Shown here: positions 47,084-57,385 of the stretch, piece by piece
How the letters are laid out: each line of letters begins with the position of its first letter
How positions within the stretch are numbered: position 1 is the stretch's first letter
Origin: a virus
Taxonomy: Duplodnaviria > Caudoviricetes
Reading direction: 5' to 3' (one strand)
DNA: 61,996 nt
Virus record (IMG/VR): IMGVR_UViG_3300043436_000818
Location: 1-61,996 of that record
Made by a program: the position numbers and the translations under genes
The notes under the pieces: generated by a model
The model's database searches: none
Seen by the model: only the letters and a program-made list of their open reading frames with translations
What the model was told of the DNA's origin: nothing

Positions 47084-47725
47084 ATGAGCAATGCAAAAGA
47101 TACCTTGAATCGTGTACTTGATGTACTTGGTTTGGGTAAAGCCGATGCCACTATTGAAGTGGAAATGGCTCAAAAGAAAACAATGGATGGCGAAGTGGTT
47201 TTAGATAGCGAAAATTTCGCAATTGGTGAACCTGTATTCATTGTAACCGAGGAAGGTAATATCCCAGTACCAATGGGTGAATACATCCTTGAAGACGGAA
47301 TGAAAATCGAAACCGATGAAAAGGGGGTAATTGTTGAGGTGTCAACTGAAAAAGAAGAAGAAGTTACCGAAGAGGTAGTTGAGGAAGTTGAAGCCAAAGA
47401 CATGATTGAAAAAGAAGAAACAGGAATGATGGGTAAAGATTCAATGCCTAAAAAGGTTGTTAAATCTAAAACCGAAATGGAGGAATCTTATTTCTCTAAA
47501 ATCGATGCCCGTTTGTCCGCAATTGAATTAAGCAACGAATCGTTAAAGGCTGAAAACATCAAGTTATCTGCTGAAAATGACGAATTGAAAAAGCAATTAG
47601 CGGAAACACCTGCACCCCATGCATCATTCAGCCCCGAAGCCGAAACCAAAACTGAATTGAAATTCAAGATTGGTGCAAAGCGTGAAGTGTCTATTAAGGA
47701 CAGAGTATTTGATTCATTATTTTAA
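47084..47725 (+). CDS. Scaffold protein (putative)
   Basis: Acidic; homolog of 17075. Confidence 0.7.
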   Translation: MSNAKDTLNRVLDVLGLGKADATIEVEMAQKKTMDGEVVLDSENFAIGEPVFIVTEEGNIPVPMGEYILEDGMKIETDEKGVIVEVSTEKEEEVTEEVVEEVEAKDMIEKEETGMMGKDSMPKKVVKSKTEMEESYFSKIDARLSAIELSNESLKAENIKLSAENDELKKQLAETPAPHASFSPEAETKTELKFKIGAKREVSIKDRVFDSLF

Positions 47726-47749
47726 ACATTAAAAACACACTAAATAAAA

Positions 47750-48673
47750 ATGAGAAATAAATTTGCATTTAGCGGCCCAACTATTAACCCGAACACCTAT
47801 GCAGGTTTGTTCGCAAATAAGTACATTGCGGCTGCCCTTTTGTCGGGTGATACCCTTGCAAAAGAATTGATTACCGTTCACCCCAATGTTGCTTACAAAG
47901 AGGTGATTCGTAACTACCAAAATTCCATCGTTATTGCCGATGCAACTTGTGATTTCACAGATTCATCAAGCGTAACTTTGGGCGAATACGTGTTGACTAC
48001 CGTAGAAAAGCAAGTGAACTTACAATTGTGTAAGAACCAATTGCGTACTACATGGGAGGCAGCACAAGCAGGATTTTCCGCATTTGAGAAATTGCCCGCT
48101 ACTTTCGAAGAGTTCGCATTAGCACAAACTGCCGCTGAGGTTGCACAAGCCGTTGAATTAGGTATTTGGAAAACTACTTTGTTCTACAATGGTACTGCCG
48201 ATGAAGGTATGGTTGGTTATTTGTTGGATAATTCAGCAATTACCGTAACTGCCACTGGTGTAACTACTGGTTCAAACGTAGTTGCTCGTTTACAAGCAAT
48301 GTTGGATGCATCTCCATCCGCTTTGTATGGTAAAGAGGGATATCAGTTCTATGTAGGCCCTACAACAATGAAAGCTTACCAAGCCGCATTGTCAGCAGGT
48401 AACTACAATTTCCAATTCTATGTTGGTGAGAAACCAATGAATTTCCAAGGTATTCCTGTTACTATGTGCCCAGGCCTTAACGATTCCGATTGCGTATTGG
48501 GATTAAAATCAGACCTACACTTTGGTACAGGTTTATTGAGTGATTATAACGAAGTGAAATTTATCGACATGAGCGATATTGATGGTTCACAGAACGTGCG
48601 TATCATCATGCGTTTCACAGGTGGTTTGATTGCTACTAACCCAACTCAACAAGTTGTATTAAATATTTCTTAA
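47750..48673 (+). CDS. Major capsid protein
   Basis: 307 aa, distant homolog of 17616 (VELGIW, FGTGL, VR..MRF). Confidence 0.85.
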   Translation: MRNKFAFSGPTINPNTYAGLFANKYIAAALLSGDTLAKELITVHPNVAYKEVIRNYQNSIVIADATCDFTDSSSVTLGEYVLTTVEKQVNLQLCKNQLRTTWEAAQAGFSAFEKLPATFEEFALAQTAAEVAQAVELGIWKTTLFYNGTADEGMVGYLLDNSAITVTATGVTTGSNVVARLQAMLDASPSALYGKEGYQFYVGPTTMKAYQAALSAGNYNFQFYVGEKPMNFQGIPVTMCPGLNDSDCVLGLKSDLHFGTGLLSDYNEVKFIDMSDIDGSQNVRIIMRFTGGLIATNPTQQVVLNIS

Positions 48674-48700
48674 TTAATTAGGAAATAGAGATTGAATAAT

Positions 48701-48735
48701 GGGGGAGGGAAACACAAGCCCCTCCCCTTTTTTTT
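48701..48735 (+). terminator. Intrinsic terminator
   Basis: GGGGAGGG...CCCTCCCC-T8. Confidence 0.85.
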
Positions 48736-48759
48736 AAACACAAATAAATAAAAATAGAA

Positions 48760-49323
48760 ATGTCTTGTAATACATTAGCTAATAGATACGAACCATGTAA
48801 ACAATTCGTGGGTGGTATTCGTGGTGCATTTTTCGTACCCTATGTTTTTAGTAACGTAGTAACCAAAGATGCAAGTGGATTGGTAACATCAATCAACAAT
48901 GGTGCCAGTCCTACCCCTGTAAATGTTACAGGTTGGTTTTGGGAACTAAAAGGTTTATCAACCTTGGAAGTTGCCCCAACCGTTTCTCGTGATAACGGAA
49001 ACACTATGTACACACAAACCTTTACCCTATCTTTTAAACCAAGTGGAGTAACTCCCAATGCTGGTGATTTAGATATGGACACCATCCAAACTTTAAACCA
49101 AGGTCGTTGGAGAATTATTCTATGGGATCGAAACGATCAGTTTTGGTTATTGGGTGAAGATGAGGGATGTGATTCAACTGGTGGTTCTTTATCTTGGGGA
49201 ACACAGATGGGTGATGCCCGATTAAATACCCTTACCTTTGTAGGTAGTGAAAAGGCAGCCCCTACACCCGTAGATGCTGAAACCTATTCAGAGGTATTGA
49301 CAGTTATCACCGTACCCGCTTAA
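48760..49323 (+). CDS. Major tail (tube) protein, putative
   Basis: CKQFVGGI; homolog of 18557. Confidence 0.7.
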   Translation: MSCNTLANRYEPCKQFVGGIRGAFFVPYVFSNVVTKDASGLVTSINNGASPTPVNVTGWFWELKGLSTLEVAPTVSRDNGNTMYTQTFTLSFKPSGVTPNAGDLDMDTIQTLNQGRWRIILWDRNDQFWLLGEDEGCDSTGGSLSWGTQMGDARLNTLTFVGSEKAAPTPVDAETYSEVLTVITVPA

Positions 49324-49354
49324 TCTCAATTAAGGTTTTCATATTTGAATGGTT

Positions 49355-49385
49355 AGACCCTCACCAATGGTGGGGGTTTTTCTTT
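49355..49385 (+). terminator. Intrinsic terminator
   Basis: ACCCTCACC-AAT-GGTGGGGGT plus T-tract. Confidence 0.8.
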
Positions 49386-49392
49386 ATAATGG

Positions 49393-49414
49393 AACGATAA
49401 TTTAATTTTGCGTT
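49393..49414 (+). promoter_or_regulatory. ECF-type late promoter B4
   Basis: AAC-N15-CGTT. Confidence 0.75.
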
Positions 49415-49424
49415 TATTAAATAG

Positions 49425-49865
49425 ATGGTTATAAATCTATCCACGGCCAATATTTCATTCTATCCCTTTGTTTCGTTTGAGAATGTAACACAAGGGGGTG
49501 CAACATCGTATTTATTGCAACAGGATGGATTTTATATCTTACAACAAAATGGTAGTAAGATTATTACAAGTGAGGGTGGTGGAGTTGTAAACGTTCAGGT
49601 ATGGCATAAGAATACCAAAACTATGGTTGAGGCTAATGCAACACCTGTTGAAACAGGCACTAAAATTAGTGTAGCATTACCATCGTTAACCGATATTGCA
49701 GATGTTGCACAGGATTTAGATGTGTGCTTAATTCGTGTATTTAATGGTGATACCCTATTATGGGAATACCTTGCCACATGGTCGAATGAATCTACCAACA
49801 TCAATAAGACATTTAAAAATTGGGATACCACATCAAACATTAGTCCACAATGGATAACACTATAA
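49425..49865 (+). CDS. Virion structural protein
   Basis: Same position as 19144; carries LLQQDGFYILQQNGSKI. Confidence 0.6.
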   Translation: MVINLSTANISFYPFVSFENVTQGGATSYLLQQDGFYILQQNGSKIITSEGGGVVNVQVWHKNTKTMVEANATPVETGTKISVALPSLTDIADVAQDLDVCLIRVFNGDTLLWEYLATWSNESTNINKTFKNWDTTSNISPQWITL

Positions 49866-52117
49866 AACAGAATTTTTCGTTTATGCAATTTGCATCCTAC
49901 ACCGCACCTGCGATTGTAGAGCATAAGAATAAACATTGGGTTGAATACGGAGAGGATAACGATTATTATCAGTATTTAATTGATTTGTATCTTGGTTCAC
50001 CAACCAACAATGCCGCAATTAAAGGTATTGCAGATTTGGTGTATGGATTAGGTTTGGAGGTTGTAAAATCCGATAGGAACTTAAAAGGTTACATAGAGTT
50101 TAAAAAGCTTATTAAGCCTGATTGCATCCGTGCCGTTACATTGGATTTGAAGATGTTGGGGCAATATGCTTTTCATTGTGTTAAATCCAAGGACAAGAAA
50201 TCCTATGTTAAGGTATCTCATTGGCCTATTCAAACCCTACGCCCTGAACGATGCAACGATAAAGGTGAAATTGAGGGATGGTATTTCTGTGCCGATTGGA
50301 GTAAATTAAAAAGAGGTCAGCAACCTAAACGATTTGCATCATTTGGATTTGATGAGAATGAGAATGAATGTATATTGGTGGTTAAACCATATTCAACAGG
50401 ATCGTACTACTTTGCACCCGTAGATTATCAGGGTGGTACACAATGGGCAGATTTAGAATGTGAAATTAGCAACTACCATATTAACAACATCAAAAATGGT
50501 TTAGCACCATCGATGTTAATTAACTTTAATAATGGTCAACCACCCGAAGAGGTTAGAAATGCAATAGAGGGGCAAATTAACGCCAAATGGAGTGGTTCTT
50601 CCAATGCAGGTAGAGCAATTATATCATTTAACGATTCCAAGGAAACGGCAACCGAAATAACACCAGTACAATTATCCGATGCTCATAATCAGTACGAATT
50701 CTTATCAAGGGAATCCACCCAAAAGATAATGTTAGCCCACCGCATTGTATCACCAATGTTGTTGGGGATTAAAGACAATACAGGATTAGGGAATAATGCC
50801 GATGAGTTGCGTAGTGCATCTATACTATTCGATAACATCGTTATAAGACCATTTCAACGATTAATTATTGAGGGTGTAGAGAAAGTATTAAACGCCAATG
50901 GAATATCGTTGGAAATGTACTTTAAAACGTTGCAACCTTTGGAATTTACCGACCTATCGGGCAAGGAAGTTACCGAGGAAGTTAAGGAACAAGAAATGGG
51001 ATTTAGTTCCCAAAAAAAAAAGTATGATTTTGTAAAACCCAATGCAGGGGAATCGGAAGATGATTTTATTTCCCGATGTATTGGCGTGGTAGTTGGCGAG
51101 GGTAAAGAACAAGACCAAGCGGCTGCAATATGTTACAATTATTGGGAGGGTTCTGTTCAATTGGCAGAATCATACACCGACTATCCCGAAAGTGCCTCTA
51201 ACAACGCTAAAAAGGCATTAGAATGGGCAGAGAAAAACGGATGGGGTGATTGTGGTACACCAGTAGGCAAACAACGTGCAAACCAACTTGCAAAGCGTGA
51301 ACCAATATCTCGTGAAACTATTGCACGAATGGCGGCATTCCGTAGACACCAACAAAACAAAGATGTACCATATTCCGAGGGGTGTGGTGGATTGATGTGG
51401 GATGCATGGGGTGGTGAATCAGGTATTCAATGGGCTGAAAATAAATTAAAACAGATTGACGCTAAATTGAGTGTTGATAGACCTGAATTTACACAAGAAG
51501 CCGAACAAGAATGGATTGAATACCTAAAAGACAAAGGTCAAGTGATTGATGAATCGGTTTGGGAGTTAATTGATGAATATCCTGTGGATGATCCCGACAA
51601 CGAACAACACCTATCACGCCACGAATTTTTTAAACGATTTGCCAACCCTGATGAGAAATCCAAGGATGACAAGGGTATTTATTTGATTCGTTATCGATAC
51701 GCACCATTCCGTGTTCAAGAGAATAGCCGCATATTTTGTAAAGATATGGTTGCCAATGCCAAGCTTGGTGTAACCTATCGCAGGGAAGATATTGATGTAA
51801 TGGGTGATGCTGGTATTAATGGACAATTTGCACCATCAGGAAAATCAAGTTACTCAATTTGGAAATATAAGGGTGGGGTTTATTGTAAGCACCAATGGTT
51901 CAGATTGACATACCGCAGAAAAAAGATTAATGGTAAAATCATACCATTGACATCGGAAGAAAAAGAACAGAACATGAGGGATATAGTGGACAATTATGAC
52001 CGAGTATCTTCACAGAGTGCAGATAGAGCAGGTGTACCATTTGACCCACCATCTTGGGATATAGCATCCGTAAAAACAAACGATTTACCTAATAGAGGCT
52101 CATTAAAAAACAAATAA
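49850..52117 (+). CDS. Portal protein with inserted domains
   Basis: YGEDNDYYQYL...SPTNNA, IMLAHRIVSPMLLG; SRIFCK...CKHQW. Confidence 0.88.
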   Translation: MDNTIKQNFSFMQFASYTAPAIVEHKNKHWVEYGEDNDYYQYLIDLYLGSPTNNAAIKGIADLVYGLGLEVVKSDRNLKGYIEFKKLIKPDCIRAVTLDLKMLGQYAFHCVKSKDKKSYVKVSHWPIQTLRPERCNDKGEIEGWYFCADWSKLKRGQQPKRFASFGFDENENECILVVKPYSTGSYYFAPVDYQGGTQWADLECEISNYHINNIKNGLAPSMLINFNNGQPPEEVRNAIEGQINAKWSGSSNAGRAIISFNDSKETATEITPVQLSDAHNQYEFLSRESTQKIMLAHRIVSPMLLGIKDNTGLGNNADELRSASILFDNIVIRPFQRLIIEGVEKVLNANGISLEMYFKTLQPLEFTDLSGKEVTEEVKEQEMGFSSQKKKYDFVKPNAGESEDDFISRCIGVVVGEGKEQDQAAAICYNYWEGSVQLAESYTDYPESASNNAKKALEWAEKNGWGDCGTPVGKQRANQLAKREPISRETIARMAAFRRHQQNKDVPYSEGCGGLMWDAWGGESGIQWAENKLKQIDAKLSVDRPEFTQEAEQEWIEYLKDKGQVIDESVWELIDEYPVDDPDNEQHLSRHEFFKRFANPDEKSKDDKGIYLIRYRYAPFRVQENSRIFCKDMVANAKLGVTYRREDIDVMGDAGINGQFAPSGKSSYSIWKYKGGVYCKHQWFRLTYRRKKINGKIIPLTSEEKEQNMRDIVDNYDRVSSQSADRAGVPFDPPSWDIASVKTNDLPNRGSLKNK

Positions 52118-52120
52118 ACC

Positions 52121-52636
52121 ATGTACGCAAACGATGATGTTTTATTAATTACCAAGGATGACTTGTTCAAGTACACCCAGTTAAGTGGTAATTTTGATAT
52201 TGACAAGATAACGCCATTCATTAAGGTGGCACAGGATATTGAGGTTCAACAATTATTGGGTACGTTATTGTATCGTAAAATCTTGACCGATGTAAAGAAT
52301 AACGTATTAACAGGCAATTACCTTACATTGGTATCCGATTATGTACAACCGATGCTAATCCATTATTCAATGGCTGATTTGTTGTTGTTTCACGGGTATG
52401 AGGTATCTAATGCAGGGATTGTAAGAAATACCCCCGAAGGTACTCAATTACCCGATGCAGGTGAAATTAGTACATTGGTGGAACGTACACGGGCAATGGC
52501 GGATACCTACCGCAGAAGATTGGTAGATTATTTGAGCTATTACCCTCAATTATTCCCTGAATATACTGCTAACCAAAATGCAGGGCAATACCCAACCTCA
52601 TACCCAACTAACTATACTGGATGGAATCTAATGTAA
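52121..52636 (+). CDS. Head-tail adaptor (putative)
   Basis: Homolog of 24349. Confidence 0.65.
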   Translation: MYANDDVLLITKDDLFKYTQLSGNFDIDKITPFIKVAQDIEVQQLLGTLLYRKILTDVKNNVLTGNYLTLVSDYVQPMLIHYSMADLLLFHGYEVSNAGIVRNTPEGTQLPDAGEISTLVERTRAMADTYRRRLVDYLSYYPQLFPEYTANQNAGQYPTSYPTNYTGWNLM

Positions 52637-53142
52637 AAAAAACCTATGCCCCAAAGGCAAATAAGGTTGCAAAGCTTAAAACATACATGGCAAGTGTAAA
52701 AGTTGCTAATGTGGTAAAATGTGATTTATTCACAAAAACCACCAAGATAATTGCCATATTGATATTATTAAGTGGTTGTTCTGCACAATATCACATCGAA
52801 AAGGCGTGTAAGAAACAACCTGATTTATGCAAGGTGAAAGTTAGGATTGATACATTTGTTGTTAGGGATTCAATTTATTTCCATGATACGTTTACGACCA
52901 AGGAAATTGACACTATTACCATTGACACGGGTTCTATTAGGGTTAAGGTTGTACGCCATTACAATAAAATCAAAGTATGGGTAAGGCAAAACCCCGACAC
53001 CATAAGAATAACACAAACCATTACCCTACCACCAAAAGTTGTTATGGATGCAAAGAAACAGGCGTGGACTACGGCACATAGTGTGTTTTTTTGGGTGGGA
53101 GTGATATTATGTGCATTCGGATTGTATAGATTATTCAAATAG
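52621..53142 (+). CDS. Lipoprotein with C-terminal TM (unimolecular spanin candidate)
   Basis: Lipobox LLSGC and C-terminal TM; true start may be downstream. Confidence 0.5.
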   Translation: MESNVKKTYAPKANKVAKLKTYMASVKVANVVKCDLFTKTTKIIAILILLSGCSAQYHIEKACKKQPDLCKVKVRIDTFVVRDSIYFHDTFTTKEIDTITIDTGSIRVKVVRHYNKIKVWVRQNPDTIRITQTITLPPKVVMDAKKQAWTTAHSVFFWVGVILCAFGLYRLFK

Positions 53143-53164
53143 AACATTCAATAAAAAAATCGTT
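53143..53164 (+). promoter_or_regulatory. ECF-type late promoter B5
   Basis: AAC-N15-CGTT. Confidence 0.75.
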
Positions 53165-53172
53165 TTAAAAGT

Positions 53173-53331
53173 ATGACCAAAACTTGGGTAACACCATCAC
53201 GAAGCTCCCCAAAGCCTGGGGGGAATAGAGCTTGTCTATGTAAGAATGGCAAGTATTCACGCAAGTGTTGTGATGGTTCATTACAAGCCCAAGGGGTTGG
53301 TTCAGTAACAGGAGTACAAGTAACACCATAA
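53173..53331 (+). CDS. 52-aa Cys-rich late protein (not in ORF track)
   Basis: RACLCKNGKYSRKCCDGSLQAQG directly after promoter B5. Confidence 0.7.
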   Translation: MTKTWVTPSRSSPKPGGNRACLCKNGKYSRKCCDGSLQAQGVGSVTGVQVTP

Positions 53332-53336
53332 ACATT

Positions 53337-54623
53337 ATGCCCGATCAGAAAATAACGCAACTAACTGCGATAACCACAATTGATAATTCCGACCCACTAC
53401 CCATAGTGGATTTAACGGATGATACTACCAAAAAAATTACCATTGCACAATTAAAGGCACAAGCTCCCGTACAATCGGTAGCAGGTAAAACGGGTGCAGT
53501 TACATTGGCGGCATCGGATATTGGTGCAGGTACTGTGGACAATACCGAATATGGGTATTTAAATGGCGTTACCTCCGCAATCCAAAACCAATTAAATGCA
53601 AAACAAGGTGCATTGACATTAACAACAACGGGTTCAAGTGGTGCAGCTACGTTGGTAGGTGATACATTGAACATCCCACAATATAGTGGAGGTGGTTCAA
53701 TTCCTGATGGAGATAAGGGAGATATAACCGTAAGCAATAGCGGTGCAACTTGGACAATTGATAATGGAGTTGTAAGCGATGCAAAAATAGCCACGGGCAT
53801 TGATGCCGCTAAGATTGGTGCAGGTACGGTGAGTAATACTGAATTTGGTTATTTGGATGGGGTAACGAGTGCGATTCAAACGCAATTAGATTCTAAGGTA
53901 GACGAAAACGCAGCGATTACAGGAGCAACAAAAACTAAAATAACTTACGATTCTAAGGGTTTAGTAACCGCAGGAGCAGACGCAACCACTGCGGATATTG
54001 CCGATAGTTCAAATAAGCGATATGTAACCGATGCTCAATTAGTAGTTATTGGAAATACAAGCGGAACGAATACGGGTGATAATGCAGTAAATAGTTTATA
54101 TAGCGGATTGGCTACGAGCAAACAGGACACACTTGTAAGCGGTACCAATATTAAGACAATTAACTCTACATCATTGTTAGGGACGGGTAATATATCCGTA
54201 GCCCCTGCGAGTGGAATTGATGCAACTGCAATTGGTTCGGGTTCTGTATCAAATACGGAGTTCGGGTATCTCGATGGCGTTACGAGTGCAATCCAAACGC
54301 AAATCGACACCAAAACAAATAAACTAATTACCGCTAACAGACAGACTGCATCCTACACATTGGTTGCATCTGATGCGGATAAGTTGGTGGAAATGAATGT
54401 AGCAAGTGCTAATAACTTGACCGTACCTGCATCGGTATTTACAGCAGGGACACAGATTTTATTGGCACAATACGGAGCAGGACAGACCACAATCGTTGCA
54501 GGTTCAGGGATGACAATAAGAAGCAATGGCGGTAAATTAAAATTATCGGCTCAATATAGTGGAGCTACGTTGGTTTTCATATCGGCTACGGAAGCGTATT
54601 TATTTGGGGATATTGCGTCATGA
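53337..54623 (+). CDS. Tail fibre-like protein with three internal repeats
   Basis: IG.G.V.NTE(Y/F)GYL(N/D)GVTSAIQ.Q three times. Confidence 0.78.
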   Translation: MPDQKITQLTAITTIDNSDPLPIVDLTDDTTKKITIAQLKAQAPVQSVAGKTGAVTLAASDIGAGTVDNTEYGYLNGVTSAIQNQLNAKQGALTLTTTGSSGAATLVGDTLNIPQYSGGGSIPDGDKGDITVSNSGATWTIDNGVVSDAKIATGIDAAKIGAGTVSNTEFGYLDGVTSAIQTQLDSKVDENAAITGATKTKITYDSKGLVTAGADATTADIADSSNKRYVTDAQLVVIGNTSGTNTGDNAVNSLYSGLATSKQDTLVSGTNIKTINSTSLLGTGNISVAPASGIDATAIGSGSVSNTEFGYLDGVTSAIQTQIDTKTNKLITANRQTASYTLVASDADKLVEMNVASANNLTVPASVFTAGTQILLAQYGAGQTTIVAGSGMTIRSNGGKLKLSAQYSGATLVFISATEAYLFGDIAS

Positions 54624-55456
54624 TAATAGCAACACACGGGATTATTGCTTCGCAGATAGCATCATATGCTTTTTTATTGGATTTATATCCATCGGCTGCG
54701 GCTGCTTATTCATTGCGTAAATTACGCACTGCTTACACAGGTAGTGCTATTCAAGTGCGTAGGTCAAGTGATAACACAACGCAAGATATTGGATTTGTTA
54801 ATAATGTACTTGATACATCTTCTTTAACGACATTTTGTGGGAGTGGGAATGGATTTATTACAACTTGGTACGACCAATCGGGGAATGCCTATAATGCAAC
54901 TCAATCAACTGCATCTCAACAACCGCAAATTGTTAGTAGTGGAAGTGTAATTTTAGAAAATAGTAAACCTACATTACAATTTGATGGTTCAAACGATTGG
55001 TTAATAAATGCAACTATTAATATATCTCAACCAATAACAAGATTTAGTATTGCTAAATCAACAAATACGGGTACAGGTGCTTTAGTTGATTCTAATACAA
55101 CTAATAGATTTATCTTGTACAAAGGCGGTGGATTAGACCAAAACGGAAATTTTGTTGCTTCATACAATAATACAGGTAATGCATTGACCGTGACTAATAA
55201 TTCAAATAGAAATTTATTTTATGAGTTAGCAAATAGCGGCAGTAATGAATTTGCAATTAATGGCAATACAGCAACTATTGGTAACAATGGAACTAATGGA
55301 ATGAATCAGTTAAGTATTGGCAATATAAGAACTAATATAGTGGGCGGTTATACATTAGCAGGAAATTTTCAAGAATTAGTAATATATTCATCTAATCAAT
55401 CCTCCAACCGCACAGGCATTCAATCAAATATAAACACATACTATGCCATTTATTAA
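54620..55456 (+). CDS. Lectin/LamG-like putative receptor-binding protein
   Basis: AAYSLRKL, VRRSSDN, WYDQSGN. Confidence 0.65.
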   Translation: MIIATHGIIASQIASYAFLLDLYPSAAAAYSLRKLRTAYTGSAIQVRRSSDNTTQDIGFVNNVLDTSSLTTFCGSGNGFITTWYDQSGNAYNATQSTASQQPQIVSSGSVILENSKPTLQFDGSNDWLINATINISQPITRFSIAKSTNTGTGALVDSNTTNRFILYKGGGLDQNGNFVASYNNTGNALTVTNNSNRNLFYELANSGSNEFAINGNTATIGNNGTNGMNQLSIGNIRTNIVGGYTLAGNFQELVIYSSNQSSNRTGIQSNINTYYAIY

Positions 55457-55694
55457 CGGATATTACTACCCTACCGAACAAGAAGCAATCGCAGCACGTG
55501 AAGCATGTGACACTTACTATGGAATACCCGTTTCCCCTGATGATGTTACCCAAAATTGGGTTGATTATCAGTTTGCAGAATTGAACGAGCCGCAGTTTTG
55601 GTACATAGTTTTTGACGAATCATTAATTCCAATATTAGGGCAGCCCACAGAATTTGAAGTAATACAACCACCATTTCCTTATGAAACACATTGA
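55443..55694 (+). CDS. Small acidic fibre-associated protein
   Basis: Coupled ORF. Confidence 0.6.
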   Translation: MPFINGYYYPTEQEAIAAREACDTYYGIPVSPDDVTQNWVDYQFAELNEPQFWYIVFDESLIPILGQPTEFEVIQPPFPYETH

Positions 55695-55872
55695 TAACGA
55701 CACCACGGCAACGATAGCAACCGCAGTTAGTGGGAGTGCTACAATTATACATTTCTCCCAAACTTGGCAGCCTGTAGCCGCATTCGTGTTGGCTATTGTA
55801 GGCATAGTTTCGGGATTGTTTGCGATAATATATTGGCATAAGAAAATTAAGCATTTAGATGGCAAAGGTTAA
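55681..55872 (+). CDS. Holin-like membrane protein
   Basis: Near-identical to 21985. Confidence 0.6.
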   Translation: MKHIDNDTTATIATAVSGSATIIHFSQTWQPVAAFVLAIVGIVSGLFAIIYWHKKIKHLDGKG

Positions 55873-55978
55873 GGCATCAGTAACACTATTTCGTAAGAAG
55901 CCAAAGAGGAAACTCGGACGGCATACCAAACACATTAATAAACATAAATCGTGGAAACCAAACAGAGGTCAAGGGTGA
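55859..55978 (+). CDS. 39-aa basic peptide (not in ORF track)
   Basis: Homolog of 22163. Confidence 0.7.
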   Translation: MAKVKASVTLFRKKPKRKLGRHTKHINKHKSWKPNRGQG

Positions 55979-56169
55979 AATTCAAACCCTATTTTTCGCC
56001 AACACCTAAAAGAATACGCATATTTGGCGATTCATTAGCCGCTGCATCTATAATGGTTGCAGGGTTTAATATGGATCATCCATCCGTAATGATAGGTTGT
56101 GCAGTCGTTGGTGGATTAGGTAAATTCCTATCCAATTTCTTTACCATAGAACAAGAGAATGAAAACTAA
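55975..56169 (+). CDS. Holin-like membrane protein
   Basis: Near-identical to 22279; abuts amidase. Confidence 0.7.
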   Translation: MKFKPYFSPTPKRIRIFGDSLAAASIMVAGFNMDHPSVMIGCAVVGGLGKFLSNFFTIEQENEN

Positions 56170-56788
56170 ACAAATTACTTTCCGTGGGTATTACCACGAA
56201 GCCAAGAATAAATCACAGGTATATTTACACCATACCGCAGGTAATGACAATGCACAATCGGTATTTAATTGGTGGGAATCACAAGGCAAAAAAATTGCTA
56301 CCTGTGTTGTGATAAATTCCAAGGGTGAAATTATACAGGGGTTTGGTTCACAATACTGGGGATATCACCTTGGTTTAACCAATGATGTATTCCGCAAAAA
56401 TGGTTGTACATTCATCCCATTGGATAAATCATCCATAGGTATTGAGATTTGTTGTTGGGGGCAGTTAACAAAAAAGGGTGATAAATTCTATAATTACGTT
56501 AACAAGGAAGTTCCAGCCGATGAGGTTTGCACATTGGATAAACCATTTAAAGGATATAAGTATTTCCATAACTACACCGATGCACAGATTGAAGCCGTAG
56601 AGGCATTATTAAAGCATTGGGGGCAAAAATACGGCATAGACCTTACCTACCATCAGGATGTATGGGATGTTACGCCACGAGCCTTAAAAAACGTTAATGG
56701 AGTATATACCCATAATTCGGTACGTTACGATAAAATTGATGTATATCCGCACCCAAAATTGGTGGATATGCTGAAAAATCTTAAATAA
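56159..56788 (+). CDS. N-acetylmuramoyl-L-alanine amidase endolysin
   Basis: LHHTAG, SIGIEI, YTDAQ, THNSVR.DK.D..P. Confidence 0.9.
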   Translation: MKTKQITFRGYYHEAKNKSQVYLHHTAGNDNAQSVFNWWESQGKKIATCVVINSKGEIIQGFGSQYWGYHLGLTNDVFRKNGCTFIPLDKSSIGIEICCWGQLTKKGDKFYNYVNKEVPADEVCTLDKPFKGYKYFHNYTDAQIEAVEALLKHWGQKYGIDLTYHQDVWDVTPRALKNVNGVYTHNSVRYDKIDVYPHPKLVDMLKNLK

Positions 56789-56893
56789 TTCATTCGTTTA
56801 CTAAACATTTTGATACGTTCACTAAAAAAAGTGTCCTATCTTTTTTGTTTTTACAAAATAAAATACCATATTTGAATCATAATACAAACGGAT

Positions 56894-57088
56894 ATGAAAA
56901 ACAACACATTAAAAATTGGACAAATTGTAACTTACAAGGTATGTAATTCTATATACCAAGGAACTATTGTAAAAATCAACAATGACAAATTAGTAATTAT
57001 TGATTGCAAAGATGGAATGACATTGTTTAATGCTGGATATGCTATTGGAGATGAAATTTCAAAAAGTCAAATTCTGTATAAAAACTAA
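56894..57088 (+). CDS. Hypothetical early protein (moron-like)
   Basis: Between a TTTGAATCA promoter-like site and the shared hairpin. Confidence 0.6.
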   Translation: MKNNTLKIGQIVTYKVCNSIYQGTIVKINNDKLVIIDCKDGMTLFNAGYAIGDEISKSQILYKN

Positions 57089-57108
57089 ATTCAGATTATT
57101 TTAAAAAC

Positions 57109-57134
57109 AAACAGGGTGCTTAATTGCACCCTTT
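57109..57134 (+). terminator. Terminator-like hairpin
   Basis: Identical to 3016-3041. Confidence 0.7.
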
Positions 57135-57147
57135 AAATTAAACGAAT

Positions 57148-57375
57148 ATGGAAACAACAATAAAAGTATTATGCACGGCACAGGAAGCCTTTGCATTAAT
57201 TGATTTACTACCAAAAGAATCATTCATTCAATTGGTACAGAACGATCCTACCTACGGGTTGAATGGTTCAGGGGATTTCTATGTGGTGTGCATAGACAAT
57301 TCAAACTATTATTTTTCGCATTCCCGATTATTCAATTTGGGTATGCAGGTTCAAAAAAAGATTGCTAATAAGTAA
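57148..57375 (+). CDS. Hypothetical protein
   Basis: ORF. Confidence 0.6.
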   Translation: METTIKVLCTAQEAFALIDLLPKESFIQLVQNDPTYGLNGSGDFYVVCIDNSNYYFSHSRLFNLGMQVQKKIANK

Positions 57376-57385
57376 AATATTGATT

